From NCBI GenBank assembly GCA_951406725.2, contig OX597824.1, positions 17,980,001 through 18,044,000 on the forward strand: a DNA stretch of 64,000 nucleotides, read 5' to 3'. This document shows positions 12,856 through 25,767 of the stretch, in pieces. Under the pieces are notes generated by a model, which worked only from the letters and a program-made list of their open reading frames with translations, made no database searches and had not been told where the DNA came from. This DNA is from Octopus vulgaris. Taxonomy: Eukaryota. How positions within the stretch are numbered: position 1 is the first letter of the stretch; each line of letters starts with the position of its first letter. Both the position numbers and the translations under genes were made by a program.

Positions 12856-13095
12856 GTGGAGGCGTGTGGCTTAGGGATTAGGGTGTCAGCATCATGATCG
12901 TAAGATTGTGGACCAGGCGACGCGTTGTGTTCTTGAGCAAAACACTTAATTTCACGTTGCTCCAGTCCACTCAGCTATCAAAAATGAGCAACGCTGCGAT
13001 GGACGGGCAACCCGTCCAGCTGGGGAATACATACGCCATAGAAACCGGGAAACCGGGTCATGAGCGTGGCTATACTTTAAAAGGGTGCATTTATT
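12856..13095 (+). mobile_element. SINE, head type C (CORE-like) + tail type V
   Basis: ggaggcgtgtggcttag... then ttcttgagcaaaacacttaatttcacgttgctccagtccactcagct, then gcgatggacgggcaacccgtccag...gaaaccgggaaaccgg. Confidence 0.75.
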
Positions 13096-13491
13096 TATTT
13101 TATATATTTCTCCGGTTGCAGTCATTGGACTGCAGCCATGATGAAGCGCCCCTTTTCAAAATTTAGTCGAGCAAATCGACCCCGGTACTCATTTTAAATC
13201 TGGTATTTGTTCTAGCGGTGTCTTTTGCCGGAATGCTTAGTTACAAAGACGTAAAAAAAAAAGCAACATCGGTTGTCTTATATTTTTGGCAATTCTAAAA
13301 CAATAATTCCTTTCAATTCTGCCAGCAACGGAATTCAAATGTCTTTTAAATTCAAACACCGCAAGCTTAAGGAAGTAAAGAAGCTTTAAATAAAATAGTC
13401 GTAGAGTAATTTTTGAAATAAAGGTGGTAGTTATTAAGTATCAATATGGATTTAACAGCGATGGTAACAAGATTGCCCATTCATTAATATA

Positions 13492-13879
13492 TCTCTCTAT
13501 ATATAAACGGCAGTTTGTCTGTGCGTGTTTCTGTGTGTCTGTTTGCTTGTACCCTCACCCTGACCACGGCTTTCAACCGATTCTGATGAAACTTGACCCA
13601 CACATAGCCCAATGTCATAATTCAAAACTAACGCAGCGAAAATTTTGAAAAGTTAACCCCAGTTCTGAAAAAAATCGATAAATTCGACATGGGGTCGAGA
13701 ATCAAAAAAAACAAACCACAGACTGTCTAGGGGACGCAACTCAACCTTTTTTTACTCTCAAAAAAAAATTTACCATAAATTTTTTTCCATTTTTTTGCTA
13801 TTTTTTGGCTATAACTCTCTAAAAATGCTTTATAGTTATTTCCCTTACAAACCTGAGCAACGCCGGGCGATACTGCTAG
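13492..13879 (+). mobile_element. Non-autonomous Helitron (388 bp)
   Basis: A|TC 5' end (tctctctatatataaac), internal gtctgt-type repeats, subterminal hairpin cctgagcaacgccggg (13852-13867), 3' CTAG|T, no TSD. Confidence 0.85.
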
Positions 13880-14029
13880 TGTAAATATAATAAGCAATAA
13901 TAAATCTCAGAGCGAGTTATAAACAGTGTCCTTCAAAGTATGAATGAAATTTCATTTTACACCATGCATTTATATAAACTCCTTTTAACTCATCAAAGCT
14001 TTCAGCTTATTTTTTATCTTTTTTTTTTT

Positions 14030-14385
14030 GTTTCAGTCATAGCATTGCGGCCATTCATTTTTTAATCGAAAAAAAAAGCTCCAGTGCTTGTGTCTGGTAT
14101 TTCTTTAATCGGTTTTGTTTTGCCGAACCGTTATGTTACGGCAGACGAATAGAAGCCAACGTCGGTTTAAAGAGGTGGAGAAAACAAACACAAACACAGA
14201 GGCACATACGCAGATACATGAGGGTTTCCACACAGTTTTCGTCTACTAAATTCATTCGCAGACCATTGATGAGTCCGAGGGAATAGCTGAAGACACTTGC
14301 ACAATATGTTGCGCAGTAGGCTTGAGTACGAAATCATATAGTTGCAAAGTAAGCTATTTGAAACTACACAGAAACGGATAAACAT
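14030..14385 (-). mobile_element. SINE S1, older diverged copy
   Basis: Similarity to the S1 tail (gtttcagtca...gcggcca, tttgccgaaccg) and head (gaagacacttgc...gcgcagtagg). Confidence 0.7.
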
Positions 14386-14694
14386 TGCTCAGGGATCTTT
14401 TTAGCAGACATACAAAAATTGGTTATTGAAAGAAGAAACTTAGGTTTGAGACATAGCTCCAATGACTGCAACATAGTGGATTACTGCGTTTCCGTCCTAT
14501 TCAGTCAGAAGATGACAGGTTTCTGAACCCAAGCCGGGTCAGCCGTAAGATACAAACCCAAGACGATGAGTAATGGGATGGATACCTTAATCAGATGATT
14601 GCAAAATGACACTTACAATCATACATCCAAGTTTTCACCCACAAACTAACATAGCTAATCTTGAGTATCCTTATACCACATATATAAGGTACGG

Positions 14695-14748
<54 letters not shown>

Positions 14749-14749
14749 A

Positions 14750-14928
14750 GTTAATCCAAACAAGAAAGCACAAAAAAAAAACAACGCGAGGACGTGGAAC
14801 AAATATAGTATTATTGGACGCTCAGGAAAGAAGGAAAGAAGGAGTGTTTAACGTTTCGAGTGGAACTCTTCGTCAGAAACTCAGGAAGAGGAAAGATCCA
14901 GAGAAGGGAAGACAGAGGAAAAAATTGC
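14750..14928 (-). mobile_element. Hammerhead-motif repeat family H1, copy 1 of tandem pair
   Basis: Minus strand reads GUUU-CUGACGA-A-GAGU-UCC-ACUC-GAAAC-GUU|AAAC: catalytic core, 4-bp stem II, palindromic AACGUU stem III and GUUU/AAAC stem I. Confidence 0.8.
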
Positions 14929-15030
14929 ACTCGTTCCTCCAACACCTTCAATCCCTTCTTTGCCGTTTTCTTGCTCCCCACCCCCAATGCTTGCAACCCG
15001 CAAAATATTTTCTCACTTACTTTTTAAAAA

Positions 15031-15216
15031 GTTAATCCAAACAAGAAAGCACAAAAAAACACAACAACGCGAGGACGTGGAACAAATATAGTATTATTGG
15101 ACGCTCAGGAAAGAAGTAAAGAAGGAGTGTTCAACGTTTCGAGCGGAGCTCTTCGTCGGAAACATAGGAGAAGGAAAGATCCAGAGAAGGGAAGACAGAG
15201 GAAAAAAATCGCCAAC
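15031..15216 (-). mobile_element. Hammerhead-motif repeat family H1, copy 2 of tandem pair
   Basis: Direct repeat of 14750-14928; UGUUU-CCGACGA-A-GAGC-UCC-GCUC-GAAAC-GUU|GAACA. Confidence 0.8.
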
Positions 15217-15234
15217 CAATATATATATACATAT

Positions 15235-15435
15235 ATTCACTTATTCTTTTATTTGTATCAGTCTTTTTATTACGGCCATACTGGGGCCCCGCTTTTAATC
15301 GGAGAAATCGACCCCAGGACGTATTCTTTGTAAGCCTAGTACTTATTCTATCGGACTCTTATGCTGAAACGCTAAGTTACAGGGATGTAAACATACCAAA
15401 GAAGATTGTCAAGCGATGGTGTGTGACCAAATTCA

Positions 15436-15506
<71 letters not shown>

Positions 15507-15820
15507 GTATATATAGTTGTACTCTATGGAAAAAACGAAAGACGAAGACAGGTGCATGAACAACTAGAAAGTGTATTATTTTGACGCTCGGAAAAATGAA
15601 AAAGTTTTTAACATTTCGAGTCTACGCTCTTCAACAGACAGGAATAAGAGAAAATAAATAAAGAGAGAATGAGAAAAAAACTTGTAGAAATCAGCGGTGC
15701 AGCGGGCTTTGGTTGGCTCGAGGCTATAGCAGATGACACTTGACCAGGATGACAAGCAGAGGGACTGAAACGGGAGCCATGCGGTAGGAAGCAAGCTTCT
15801 TACACACAGCCACGCCTGCA
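15235..15820 (-). mobile_element. SINE S1 interrupted by H2 repeat (15515-15690)
   Basis: S1 tail 15235-15440, (CA)n/(TA)n, H2 copy, S1 head 15705-15820. Confidence 0.8.
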
Positions 15821-15823
15821 CTT

Positions 15824-15861
<38 letters not shown>

Positions 15862-16400
15862 TGTTGTTTCGGCTTAACACATTTCAAGTACAACAGCAAG
15901 GCTAGAACAGAAATTATAATCAAACTTCATTTCTTAACATTTGTCTTCTTCATTTCTAGCCTCAAACACTAATTTCGTTCACCCCTTTATTCTATCATAT
16001 CGCCATTTGTTTTCTTGCAATTCTCTCTTTAACCATTGCACCTACGCACTCCTACCCACGTATTTTCCTCTACATCTCTTTACTAAGACATCTACGTCGC
16101 CGCTCCCACCCACTTCATGTCGTCATTGTTTGTATTGTCGTGTCAAGTCGGTGATTTATTATCTGAGCCTTCATTCTTATACTCCAAACATTAACTATGA
16201 GGAAACGTTTGCCTCACGATATATCTAGCACGTACACACAAACTTACATACACACAAACATACATACATACATACATACATACATACATACATACATACA
16301 TACATACATGTATATAAATATATATATATATATATATATTGATATATAAATATACATACATACATATATACACGCACACACACATATATATATATATATA

Positions 16401-16590
16401 GGCGCAGGAGTGGCTGTGTGGTAAGTAGCTTGCTAACCAACCACATGGTTCCGGGTTAAGTCCCACTGCGTGGCATCTTGGGCAAGTGTCTTCTGCTATA
16501 GCCCCGGGCTGACCAATGCCTTGTGAGTGGATTTGATAGACGGAAACTGAAAGAAGCCCATCGTATATATGTATATATATATATATATAG

Positions 16591-16636
<46 letters not shown>

Positions 16637-16850
16637 TTGTGTGTCTGTGTTTGTCCCCCTAGGATTGCTTGACAACCGATGCTGGTGTGTTTACGTCTCC
16701 GTCACTTAGCGGTTCGGCAAAATGGACCGATAGAATAAGTACTGTGCTTACAAAAGGATAAGTCCTGGGGTCGAGTTGCTCGATTAAAGGCAGTGCTCCA
16801 GCATGGCCGCAGTCAAATGACTGAAACAAGTAAAAGAGTAAAAGAGTAAA

Positions 16851-16853
<3 letters not shown>
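16401..16853 (+). mobile_element. SINE S1, full-length copy
   Basis: A-box-like tggctgtgtgg, B-box-like gggttaagtccc, internal (TA)n(TG)n, tail ending in (gtaaaaga)n. Confidence 0.92.
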
Positions 16854-16899
<46 letters not shown>

Positions 16900-17019
16900 C
16901 ATATATACACACACACATATATATATATGTCTTATGTGTACTATATATATGTAAGACAAGGGTTGCTAGCTTTAAGGGTGTCGCAAAAGGCCTGGTTGAA
17001 GACCCAAAGGAAAATAACT

Positions 17020-17825
17020 CTGACTTATCATTTTAGCATATATAGTTACCAAAATTATATAAAAATATCTTGAAATACGAAAGAGTAAATTTATTCAATA
17101 AACTCGCCAATGGCTTCAACCACGGCCTCCAGACAACTTCTGAATCTCCTGCAACTCTTCTCAACGGTCACCTAGTTTAAACTGGTGAACGTTGCCATAA
17201 TCCTTCAGTCATCTTTGGTGTCACAAGGAGCTTTGTTGTTCTCCCGCTCAACTGTGCCCCACACATAATAATAAAGGGGGTTGCAGTCTGGGGAGTTAGC
17301 CGGTCAGATGTTACGGGTGATGTGGTTGCAGAAATTGTCTGACAGCCATGACTGGGTTCTCCTGCTTGTGTGCCATGGTGCAGAGTCCTGTTGCCAGACA
17401 TAGGGTCCTCCAGCAGCAACCCGCTTGACTTAGGGCAGCACAACCTTCTCCACGCTCTTCATGTATTGAGCCTGCAGGCGTGTGGAGGCATAACGTCGCC
17501 ATCACTAGTGATCAATCCAAACACCATGATCTTGACTGGATGTTTATTTTTGTCAGCCTCGTTTTGGGGACACAGCAAGTTAACGGTTGGTCTATGTGTC
17601 CACCATCTGTTCGTATTGAGGCTTCCGGCGCGAATGCCAAGCAGTACAGCATTTCACTTCCAAATTTCTGACTAAGCGAATTTCTGGCAGAGTGGTGCTG
17701 TTTCTCTTACAAACGGTACCCAAATGATTCTCCTCAATTTTGTAGTTGACAAAATCAAAAACAAACAGTATGTGTGTATGCGCGAAATTTAGAATAGAAA
17801 ATGACAATTCTCGTATCACATCCTG
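17020..17825 (-). mobile_element. Decayed Tc1/mariner-superfamily DD37D (maT-type) transposon
   Basis: Minus-strand translation with stops: KHPVKIMVFGLITSDGDVMPP...YVWQQDSAPWHTSRRTQSWLSDNFCNHITRNI*PANSPDCNPLYYYVWGTVE...CRRFRSCLEAVVEAIGEFIE*. There are 37 residues between the second D and the third catalytic position. One terminus TA|caggatgtgatacgag at 17825; the other TIR is degraded. Confidence 0.85.
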
Positions 17826-18135
<310 letters not shown>

Positions 18136-18137
18136 TT

Positions 18138-18205
<68 letters not shown>

Positions 18206-18707
18206 GTGTAATTATCTGTATACGTAAGCAAGCCACAAAGGAAAAGTGGTGGTGGGGGAGGGAAATGCTTTGAATCATTTATCCATCTCCTTAGACGTTG
18301 GTGTCAGATGACAAAATACTGTAATATGTTTAACGTTTAATTAAAAGTTTTCCTCAGCTTAGCCACCCATGCCAGCATCCGTCCATTCATTCAGTGCGTG
18401 TGTGTGTGTATAAACGTATGTTTATATACACACTCACACACAAATACATACATATATATATATATATATATACATACATACGTACATACACCCAACACAC
18501 ACACACATATATATATATATATATGTTTTAGAGTCAAGTTTTGGCTGCTATTTCCAGCGTAGTGGTATCCCTTAGATACCCTAAATTCTTATTTTATAAT
18601 AATTATTACGTTTGAAGGTTTTTATTCCCATGCTGGCCACTTGATAAGATCGATATTCATATTAACGATCTTATCCTTACATACATACATATATATGTGA
18701 CCTTTTA

Positions 18708-18922
18708 AAATGTGACCTCGTGTGTACCGTTGGCGATTTTTTTCCTCTGTCTTTCCTTCTCTGGATCTTTACCTTCTCCTATGTTTCTGACGAAGAGCTC
18801 CGCTCGAAACGTTTAATCCTCCTTCATTCTCATTCTTTCCTTTTCTTGAGCGTCCAATAACACTATACTTGTTCCACGTCCTCGCGTTGTTGTGTTTTCT
18901 CTTTGTGTTTTCATGTTTGGAT

Positions 18923-18927
<5 letters not shown>
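18708..18927 (+). mobile_element. Hammerhead-motif repeat family H1, copy 4
   Basis: ctgacgaagagctccgctcgaaacgtt at 18787-18813; ends ggattaac followed by (TA)n. Confidence 0.8.
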
Positions 18928-18962
<35 letters not shown>

Positions 18963-19036
18963 TAGATAGATAGATAGATAAACATAAATACGTACGTATG
19001 TGCACAAATATAAATACATGTAAATACATATATTAG

Positions 19037-19068
<32 letters not shown>

Positions 19069-19127
19069 CGTATATATTGTGTGCATACATGTGTAGTTGT
19101 GTATGTATAAATGTGTGTGCATACATG

Positions 19128-19164
<37 letters not shown>

Positions 19165-19839
19165 ATGCATTTATATGTATGCATATGCATGTATATATGT
19201 ATATGAGTAAGTATGCGTGCTGTGTATGTGTTTGCACGCGCGCATGTGTGTGTGTTCATATGTGTGTATGTTTGTGTGTGAGTGTTTATGTTCGTGCGTG
19301 TGTCCGTTATACACACAAAAAACCCTTAATATCCTGAATTACGTTGTCGGGAACGTAATCGAAAACGAGAGAAGAACAAACGGGTATTATTTACATTAAA
19401 ATGGTCGGGTAGATGTTTGGTTAACGGAAGTAGCCTACTCACTGGCTATATGCGGGTACGTGTGCCTGTGAGAAACGAAGCCATAGCGACGACTGTCCTG
19501 AAGTAAGTTCTGAACAATTACAGGAAACTAACAAACTAACATATTTATATAACAAACACAAAGTAGACATAAATAAAAAAATAAATATGCACATAAAAAA
19601 AAAACTATAAACAAATAACTTTGTAAAGGGCGTGGAAGGCGTTTGACTTGAATGAATAAAGCAAAGAGGTGCAGGGAGAGGAGAGCTGATATTGTGGGAG
19701 AAAGGGAGAGTGTTTTGTAATAGTAGAAAGAGTGAGACGGGTGAGAGGGAGAGTGTTTGAAATGTGGGAGGTGATTTGAGATGAGGATGAAAGGAACACC
19801 TAGAGGATTAGTGAGTGAATGAGAAAGAACGGGACGAAG

Positions 19840-20046
19840 GAGAGTAAGGAGAGGAAAAGAAAGAAAGAAAGAAGGGGAGAAAGAAAGAAGGAAACAAAGA
19901 AAGAAGGAAAGAAAGAAAGAAAGAAGAGGGAGAAAGAAAGAAAGAAAGGAAGAAAGAAAGGAAGGAAGGAAGAAAGAAAGAAAGAAAGGAAGGAAGGAAG
20001 AAAGAAAGAAAGGAAGGAAGAAAGAAAGAAAGAAAGAAAGGAAGAG

Positions 20047-20093
<47 letters not shown>

Positions 20094-20209
20094 AGAGGGA
20101 GGATTTGAAAAAGAAAAAAATGTATGTGATTGACGGCGTAGAAGAAAAAGAATGCGAATAAGGTTTGAAGGAGTAGAAAGAAAGAAGGAGAAAGAAAGAA
20201 AGAAAGAAA

Positions 20210-20240
<31 letters not shown>

Positions 20241-20470
20241 GAAGAAAGAAAGGAAGGAAGGAAGAAAGAAAGAAAGGAAAGAGGAAGGAGGAATGAGAGG
20301 AGAAGGATAGAAGAAAGACACACAATCGTAAAGAAGAGAGAGAAAGCGAAAAATTGGATAAAGAATGAGAAGAAGAGGAAGAAGGAGAAGGAGAAGAAGA
20401 AGCAGAAGTAGAAAAGGCCGAAACATGAAGGAAAGTAAAAAACAAGAAAAAAATGGTAGAAGCAGATTGG
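19840..20470. repeat. Polypurine (GAAA/GGAA)n tract
   Basis: About 600 bp almost purely purine on the + strand; source of the 372-aa F/L/S ORF. Confidence 0.92.
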
Positions 20471-20509
20471 AGGAAAGAAATAATATAAAAAGTTGAAAAT
20501 AATGATAAA

Positions 20510-20516
20510 GGTGTGG

Positions 20517-20550
<34 letters not shown>

Positions 20551-20607
20551 AGGATGGGGGAGTGGTGGAGGTGGTGATGGTGGTGGTGGTGGTACCGAAG
20601 AAGATAT

Positions 20608-20643
<36 letters not shown>

Positions 20644-20762
20644 CATGGGAGAGTGGTGGAGAGGGTGATGATGGTGGTACCGAAGAAGATATTTATTTTA
20701 TTTTTTTAATTTTATCTAGTTTCAGCTCACGAGCTGTGGCCATGCTGGGGCACCGCCATTTA

Positions 20763-20793
<31 letters not shown>

Positions 20794-20867
20794 TTGATGA
20801 TGAACAGCAAATAAGAGTGGTGGTGTTGGTAGTAGTAGTAGTAGTAGTCAGCAGTAGTAGTAGTAGC

Positions 20868-20900
<33 letters not shown>

Positions 20901-21050
20901 CAAAGAAGAAGGTGAAGGGGAAGGGGAGGAGGAGGAAGAGGAGGTGGTGGTGGTGGCGGAGGAAGAGGATGAAGGGGAGAGGTGCTTGCGACCATGACGA
21001 TGATGAGCATGATAAGGATCATCACAGCATCATCATCATCATCATCATTT
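20510..21050. repeat. (GAT)n/(GGT)n/(AGT)n compound microsatellites
   Basis: Directly visible; contains a short S1 tail remnant at about 20715-20760. Confidence 0.9.
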
Positions 21051-21687
21051 TGGACTGACTGAAAATATGTTTTTTTTTGTTTTTTTCCTGAAGTGGCGCT
21101 GGGCTTCGGACAAAATTCAAGTTAAGGGTGAACTAAGGACAGCGTGCATGTGTGTGTGTGTGTGTGTGTGTGTTTGTGTGCGCGCGAATGTGTACGTGAG
21201 TGTGTGCATATGTGTGCGTGTGTGTGTGTTTTTGTGTGTGTATGTGTGTGTGGAGGATGTCAGGGATGGAGGAGAAGGGATACATAAAAGGGAGGAAAAG
21301 TTTACTCGGGACACTTTTTGGTAGGGATCGTTTGGACAACGGAGATAGAGATCGAAAGAGAAGGAGGCCGGCGGTAGAGGTGGTGGAGGTGGTGGTGGTG
21401 ATGGGGGGGCAGAGCAGAGATTTTAAGGGTTTGTAGTAAGGGACTGTATTGGTTTTGGAGATGCGAGACACAAGACCGACAGAGGGAACAGAAGGTTTCA
21501 CGGGAAGCGTGTGTGTGCGTGTGCGTATACTGTGTGTGTATATGTGTGTGTGCATGTGCATGTGTGTGTGTGTGTGTATGTGTGTGAAATTGAGATTATT
21601 GTGTTTATTCCTGTGCGCGTGTCTGTGTTTTTATTTTCGAGAAATCGGGTCGGAGTGTTGAACTATATATGAGTATTTTATATATGA

Positions 21688-21721
<34 letters not shown>

Positions 21722-21792
21722 GCATATATATATATATATATATATATACGCATATATATATGTATGTATATATGCATATACGTGTGTGTGTG

Positions 21793-21823
<31 letters not shown>

Positions 21824-22288
21824 GTATATATATATATATCAATATACACATATATATATATACACATATATAGAAATATATCTCCATATATACATATGTA
21901 TATATATATATACACATAAATATATATCTATATATTTATTTCTCTCTCTGTAGTTATTTATATAAATATATACAGAGAGAGAGAGAGAGGTGGGGAGACA
22001 GATACATAGATACATACACACATACATACTTAAGTACGTACGTACATACATACATACATACAGACTGACAGACAGACAGACATATATATTCAAAGAGGAA
22101 AAGTGTGACAGAAGGAGGAGGGGGTGAGAGAGAAAAACAGAATGTTTGTAAGGCAAAGAGTGTGAGGTGATATCGAAGTGAAAGGGGTTGAGAAGTGGGA
22201 AATATTGATATATTGTGACATAGCAGAGCAGAGTTGATAATGCGTGATGGTGGCAAAAGATATATTGAGATATATGTATAAACACGTA

Positions 22289-22567
22289 GAGGCACATGGT
22301 CTAGTGGTTAGAGCAGCGGATTCGCGGTCGATGGGATCGCGGGTTCGAATCTCAGACCGGGCGATGTGTGTGTTTATGAACAAAAGCACCTAAGCTCCAC
22401 ACGGTTCCGGCAGAAGGTAATGGCGAACTTCTGCTGACTCTTTCGCCACAACTTTCTTTCACTCTTTCCTCCTGCATCTTGCAGCTCACCTGCGACGGAC
22501 CGGCGTACGTCCAGGCGGGGAACCTATACGCCAAGGAACCCGGGAAACCGGCCCTTATGAGCCAGAC
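22289..22567 (+). mobile_element. SINE, head type R (tRNA-Arg-like) + tail type V
   Basis: A box tggtctagtgg, B box ggttcgaatc, TCG anticodon-like loop; tail cctgcgacggaccggcgtacgtccagg...ggaacccgggaaaccggccc. Confidence 0.85.
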
Positions 22568-22571
22568 ATCC

Positions 22572-22790
22572 CGACACATTTTCTTCACTGCAAAGTATCC
22601 TGCACTTTTCAATGTTAACTCGAAAAAAATTTAAGGAGTAAAAGAACCCACAACATTCAAACAGTACCTGGACCAATTCCTCCAGAAAATACCGGTTAAA
22701 CCACCTACATCTGGATACGTCTCAAGCAACAACTTTCTTCTTGAGTGGTCCGTAGTATCCCGAAATAATTAACTAATCATATCAAGAGAT
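22572..22790 (+). mobile_element. CR1/L2-like LINE ORF2 C-terminal remnant
   Basis: Translates to FFTAKYPALFNVNSKKI*GVKEPTTFKQYLDQFLQKIPVKPPTSGYVSSNNFLLEW, matching the typical P.LFN.LP...FK..LD.FL..IPD.P pattern. Confidence 0.7.
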
Positions 22791-22867
22791 ATAAAATGGG
22801 TTCTCTTTACTCATACTACACTGGTTAATAATCAATGATATACTGAACACTATATATCTAATATTAC

Positions 22868-23062
22868 TTTAGCACGCCGGGCTAAATGCTTAGTGGTATT
22901 TCGTCTGTCTTTACGTTCTGAGTTCAAATTCCTCCGAGGTCGACTTTGCCTTTCATTCTTTCTGGGTCGATAAATTAAGCACCAGTTGTGCACTGGGGGT
23001 CGATCTAATCGAATTTCCCCCTCCCCCCAAATTTCAGGCCTTGTGCCTAGAGAAGAGAAGAA
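22868..23062 (+). mobile_element. SINE S2 monomer (terminal tail type)
   Basis: S2 body plus ccccaaatttcaggccttgtgcctaga tail. Confidence 0.85.
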
Positions 23063-23914
23063 TATATAACATTGACAACTTCCGCTTAACGTGAATCTGA
23101 TGGAGAGAGAGAAAGGGAGGGCAAAATTTAAATATTAGGAAACCTAGTTGTGAGGTGTAATTATAAGAAACGTCGTACATTATTTCTATTCCCAGTGTTC
23201 TGTATAAAGGAAGGCCATCTCTTCAATTAGTAAATGCCGTCATGAAATCACATATGGCTAGCAAGTCCGACCTGACTGCAGATGTTACATGTCTTCTTTA
23301 GAAGTGCTTTTTTTTTTTAAGATGGAGTGTTTCAATTGCCCATGTTTCAAGAGTCAAGAGTCGAAGACCACTTCACCCCAAACCATTTTATTTTCTGACA
23401 TCTGCTTGTAGTCTTAAAATCCACACTGAGGGACTTAAGTTTGTTTTTCTCCCATTCCTAAAATGTTTCAGAGGTTCAAGTCTCGAACATTTATCAAATT
23501 GCGCTCCCAAAAAACCAGCTGTTCAGCTTACCTGGCATCAAACATCCTATTAAAGTTCCAAGCTCAATTCACCTGATAGTATCCGAAAAGCATCTCAGTA
23601 GCAGACATGTGAGCTTGCTCAATAACGCTTGTGGTCGTTGTTACAATTTGGCCTTCGATATTTAAGATTCTCCTAAGTCAAGCTTACCATTGATGTGAGC
23701 ATGCTTATCATTATTTCTGAGAGTATTAGTAGAGTCCAGTACTGTTGAAACGAATAAAATATAGTAATGATTTCAAAGGGAAAACAAATTCTCATGAACG
23801 TAAGACCGCTGGATAAAATGTGTAATCTTCAGTTTATGCAATTCGATTACACATACAAAAACCTAAGTAACATTAATCTCATCCCATCCTTACCTTTTTC
23901 TTTAATGCTACGTA

Positions 23915-24232
23915 AAGGTGCATGGCTTAGTGGTTGGGATATTCGGTTAGTGGTCGTAAGGTCCTCTTTTCGCTTGATGGCAGCACGCTGTGTCCTTGAG
24001 CAAAGCACTTTATTTCACGTTGCTCCAGTCTTTTCAGCTGGTAAAGATGAGTTGTACTTGTGGTTAAAAGGGCCGGTCTTTTCACGTTCTGTGTCACGCT
24101 GAATCTCCGTGAGAGAACTACGTTGAAAGGTACACGTGTCTGTGGAGGGCTCTGCACATTAATTTCACGAGCAGGCTGTTTCGTTGCTAGAATCTACTGG
24201 AACCCACGACGTCGTAGCCAACGGAATGCCAG
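23915..24232 (+). mobile_element. SINE, head type C + tail type T2
   Basis: tggcttagtggtt...gtccttgagcaaagcactttatttcacgttgctccag, then gtgtcacgctgaatctcc...gtcgtagccaacgga. Confidence 0.75.
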
Positions 24233-24234
24233 TT

Positions 24235-24392
<158 letters not shown>

Positions 24393-24422
24393 TATATATG
24401 TATATATATACATGTGTGTGTG

Positions 24423-24600
24423 TGTATTTCAAAGGGCCGGCCTTGTCATACTCTGTGTCATGCTGAATCTCCCCAAGAACTACGTTCAGTGTACGCGTGT
24501 CTGCGGAATGCTCAGCCACTTGCACGTTATTTTCACGAGCAGGCTGTTCCGTTGATCAGATCAACAGGAACGCTCATCGTCACAAGAGACGGAATGTCAG
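24423..24600 (+). mobile_element. SINE tail T2 fragment
   Basis: gtatttcaaagggccggccttgtca...ctcatcgtcacaagagacggaatg; matches 62100-62285 on the opposite strand. Confidence 0.8.
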
Positions 24601-24854
24601 TCCTATGTTAGAAACGACTGATATTTTCTCCTATTCACAATCCAAATTTAAAATGGCGAATTACAATAGGGCTCGCTTGACATAATACTTTGTATTGTAT
24701 GGATGAAATTCGCGCCATGGTCAGATTTGCATATAGTTCCTATAGGGCTCCTTCAAGGAAATAAGTACCATCATTCATTGTTGTAATTCTCTTTCAGATT
24801 GTCTTTTCTTGAACAAGCAGACGATGAAAGGTAATCCAGCTTTAATAAACTTGA

Positions 24855-25213
24855 CAGTTTTATTTCAAGATTCCTTACCAAGACAGAAAGAAAGCCGATT
24901 TCTAACCCAGATGCAATACTCCTTCACTGGCATTTCAACATCAACAACAGGGTATTTTGTATATATGTCTGTATGTCTGTCTGTCTGATTGTCTGCATGT
25001 ATGTATGTACGTGTGTATGTAGGTATGTATGTATATATGTGCAGATTTATATGTTTTATGTATATATTTAAATGATAGACTTCTGGAAAGTTTTATAGAA
25101 TTTTACTGTTCCTCTGACGGATTGGATCTGTAGTCATCGAATTAACTTTCGCCTGTTTGGTTTTGAGAAGCCTAATTTCTCAAGATTGGTACATAGGCAG
25201 TGTGTTACATATC
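24855..25213 (-). mobile_element. 5'-truncated RLE-type (R4/Dong/NeSL-like) non-LTR retrotransposon 3' end
   Basis: Minus translation GVFGSLGYVTHCLCTNLEKLGFSKPNRRKLIR*LQIQSVRGTVKFYKTFQKSII* resembles the GALG...L.KLG...LQ...GT..I..FL C-terminus of restriction-like-endonuclease LINEs; the 5' junction abuts (TACA)n. Confidence 0.6.
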
Positions 25214-25681
25214 CCAGGGATCCAAAAACGCCAGTCTGTATGTATGTATGTATGTATGTACGTATGTATGTATATTTGTATGTATGTATGTATGTATGTA
25301 TGTATGCATGCATGTATGAATGTATGTATGTATGTATGTATGTATGTATGTATGCATGTATGTATGTATTTATGTATGTATGTATGTGTGTGTATGGATG
25401 GATGGAGGGATGTGTATCTGTACATACATACGCGTTTAATAAGGTCCCACGAATAGTAAAGCACGTGATCAGTACAGATAGAGTAAAGACATTTTGATAA
25501 AAGCCATACAAAAACCAACGTGAGGTTTTCTTACCCAGGTTTCCGGCCAAGAAGCTATGGGTAACCGAATCGCCAACGGTTTATATAGGGGTCTTCTTAT
25601 TAATAATATGCAAGCACATAGACACAGACACACACACTGCTGACTCGCACACAAATACACACCCACGTACATTTATATAAA

Positions 25682-25767
<86 letters not shown>

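Noticed and set aside
14814-15333. Repeated basic peptide [10 protein letters not shown]... ORFs
   Set aside because: Antisense translation of non-coding H1 repeats, using non-ATG starts.
19528-20646. 372-aa ORF, the longest in the window
   Set aside because: Translation of (TTTC)n and (CAT)n microsatellites; open in several frames, no domain.
22289-22365. tRNA-Arg gene (also 58854 and 62478)
   Set aside because: A and B boxes are present, but there is no acceptor stem pairing and the sequence continues into a repeated SINE body.
23480-23700. Minus-strand splice donors (cag|gtaag, atg|gtaag)
   Set aside because: No convincing acceptor or recognisable peptide; consistent with chance.
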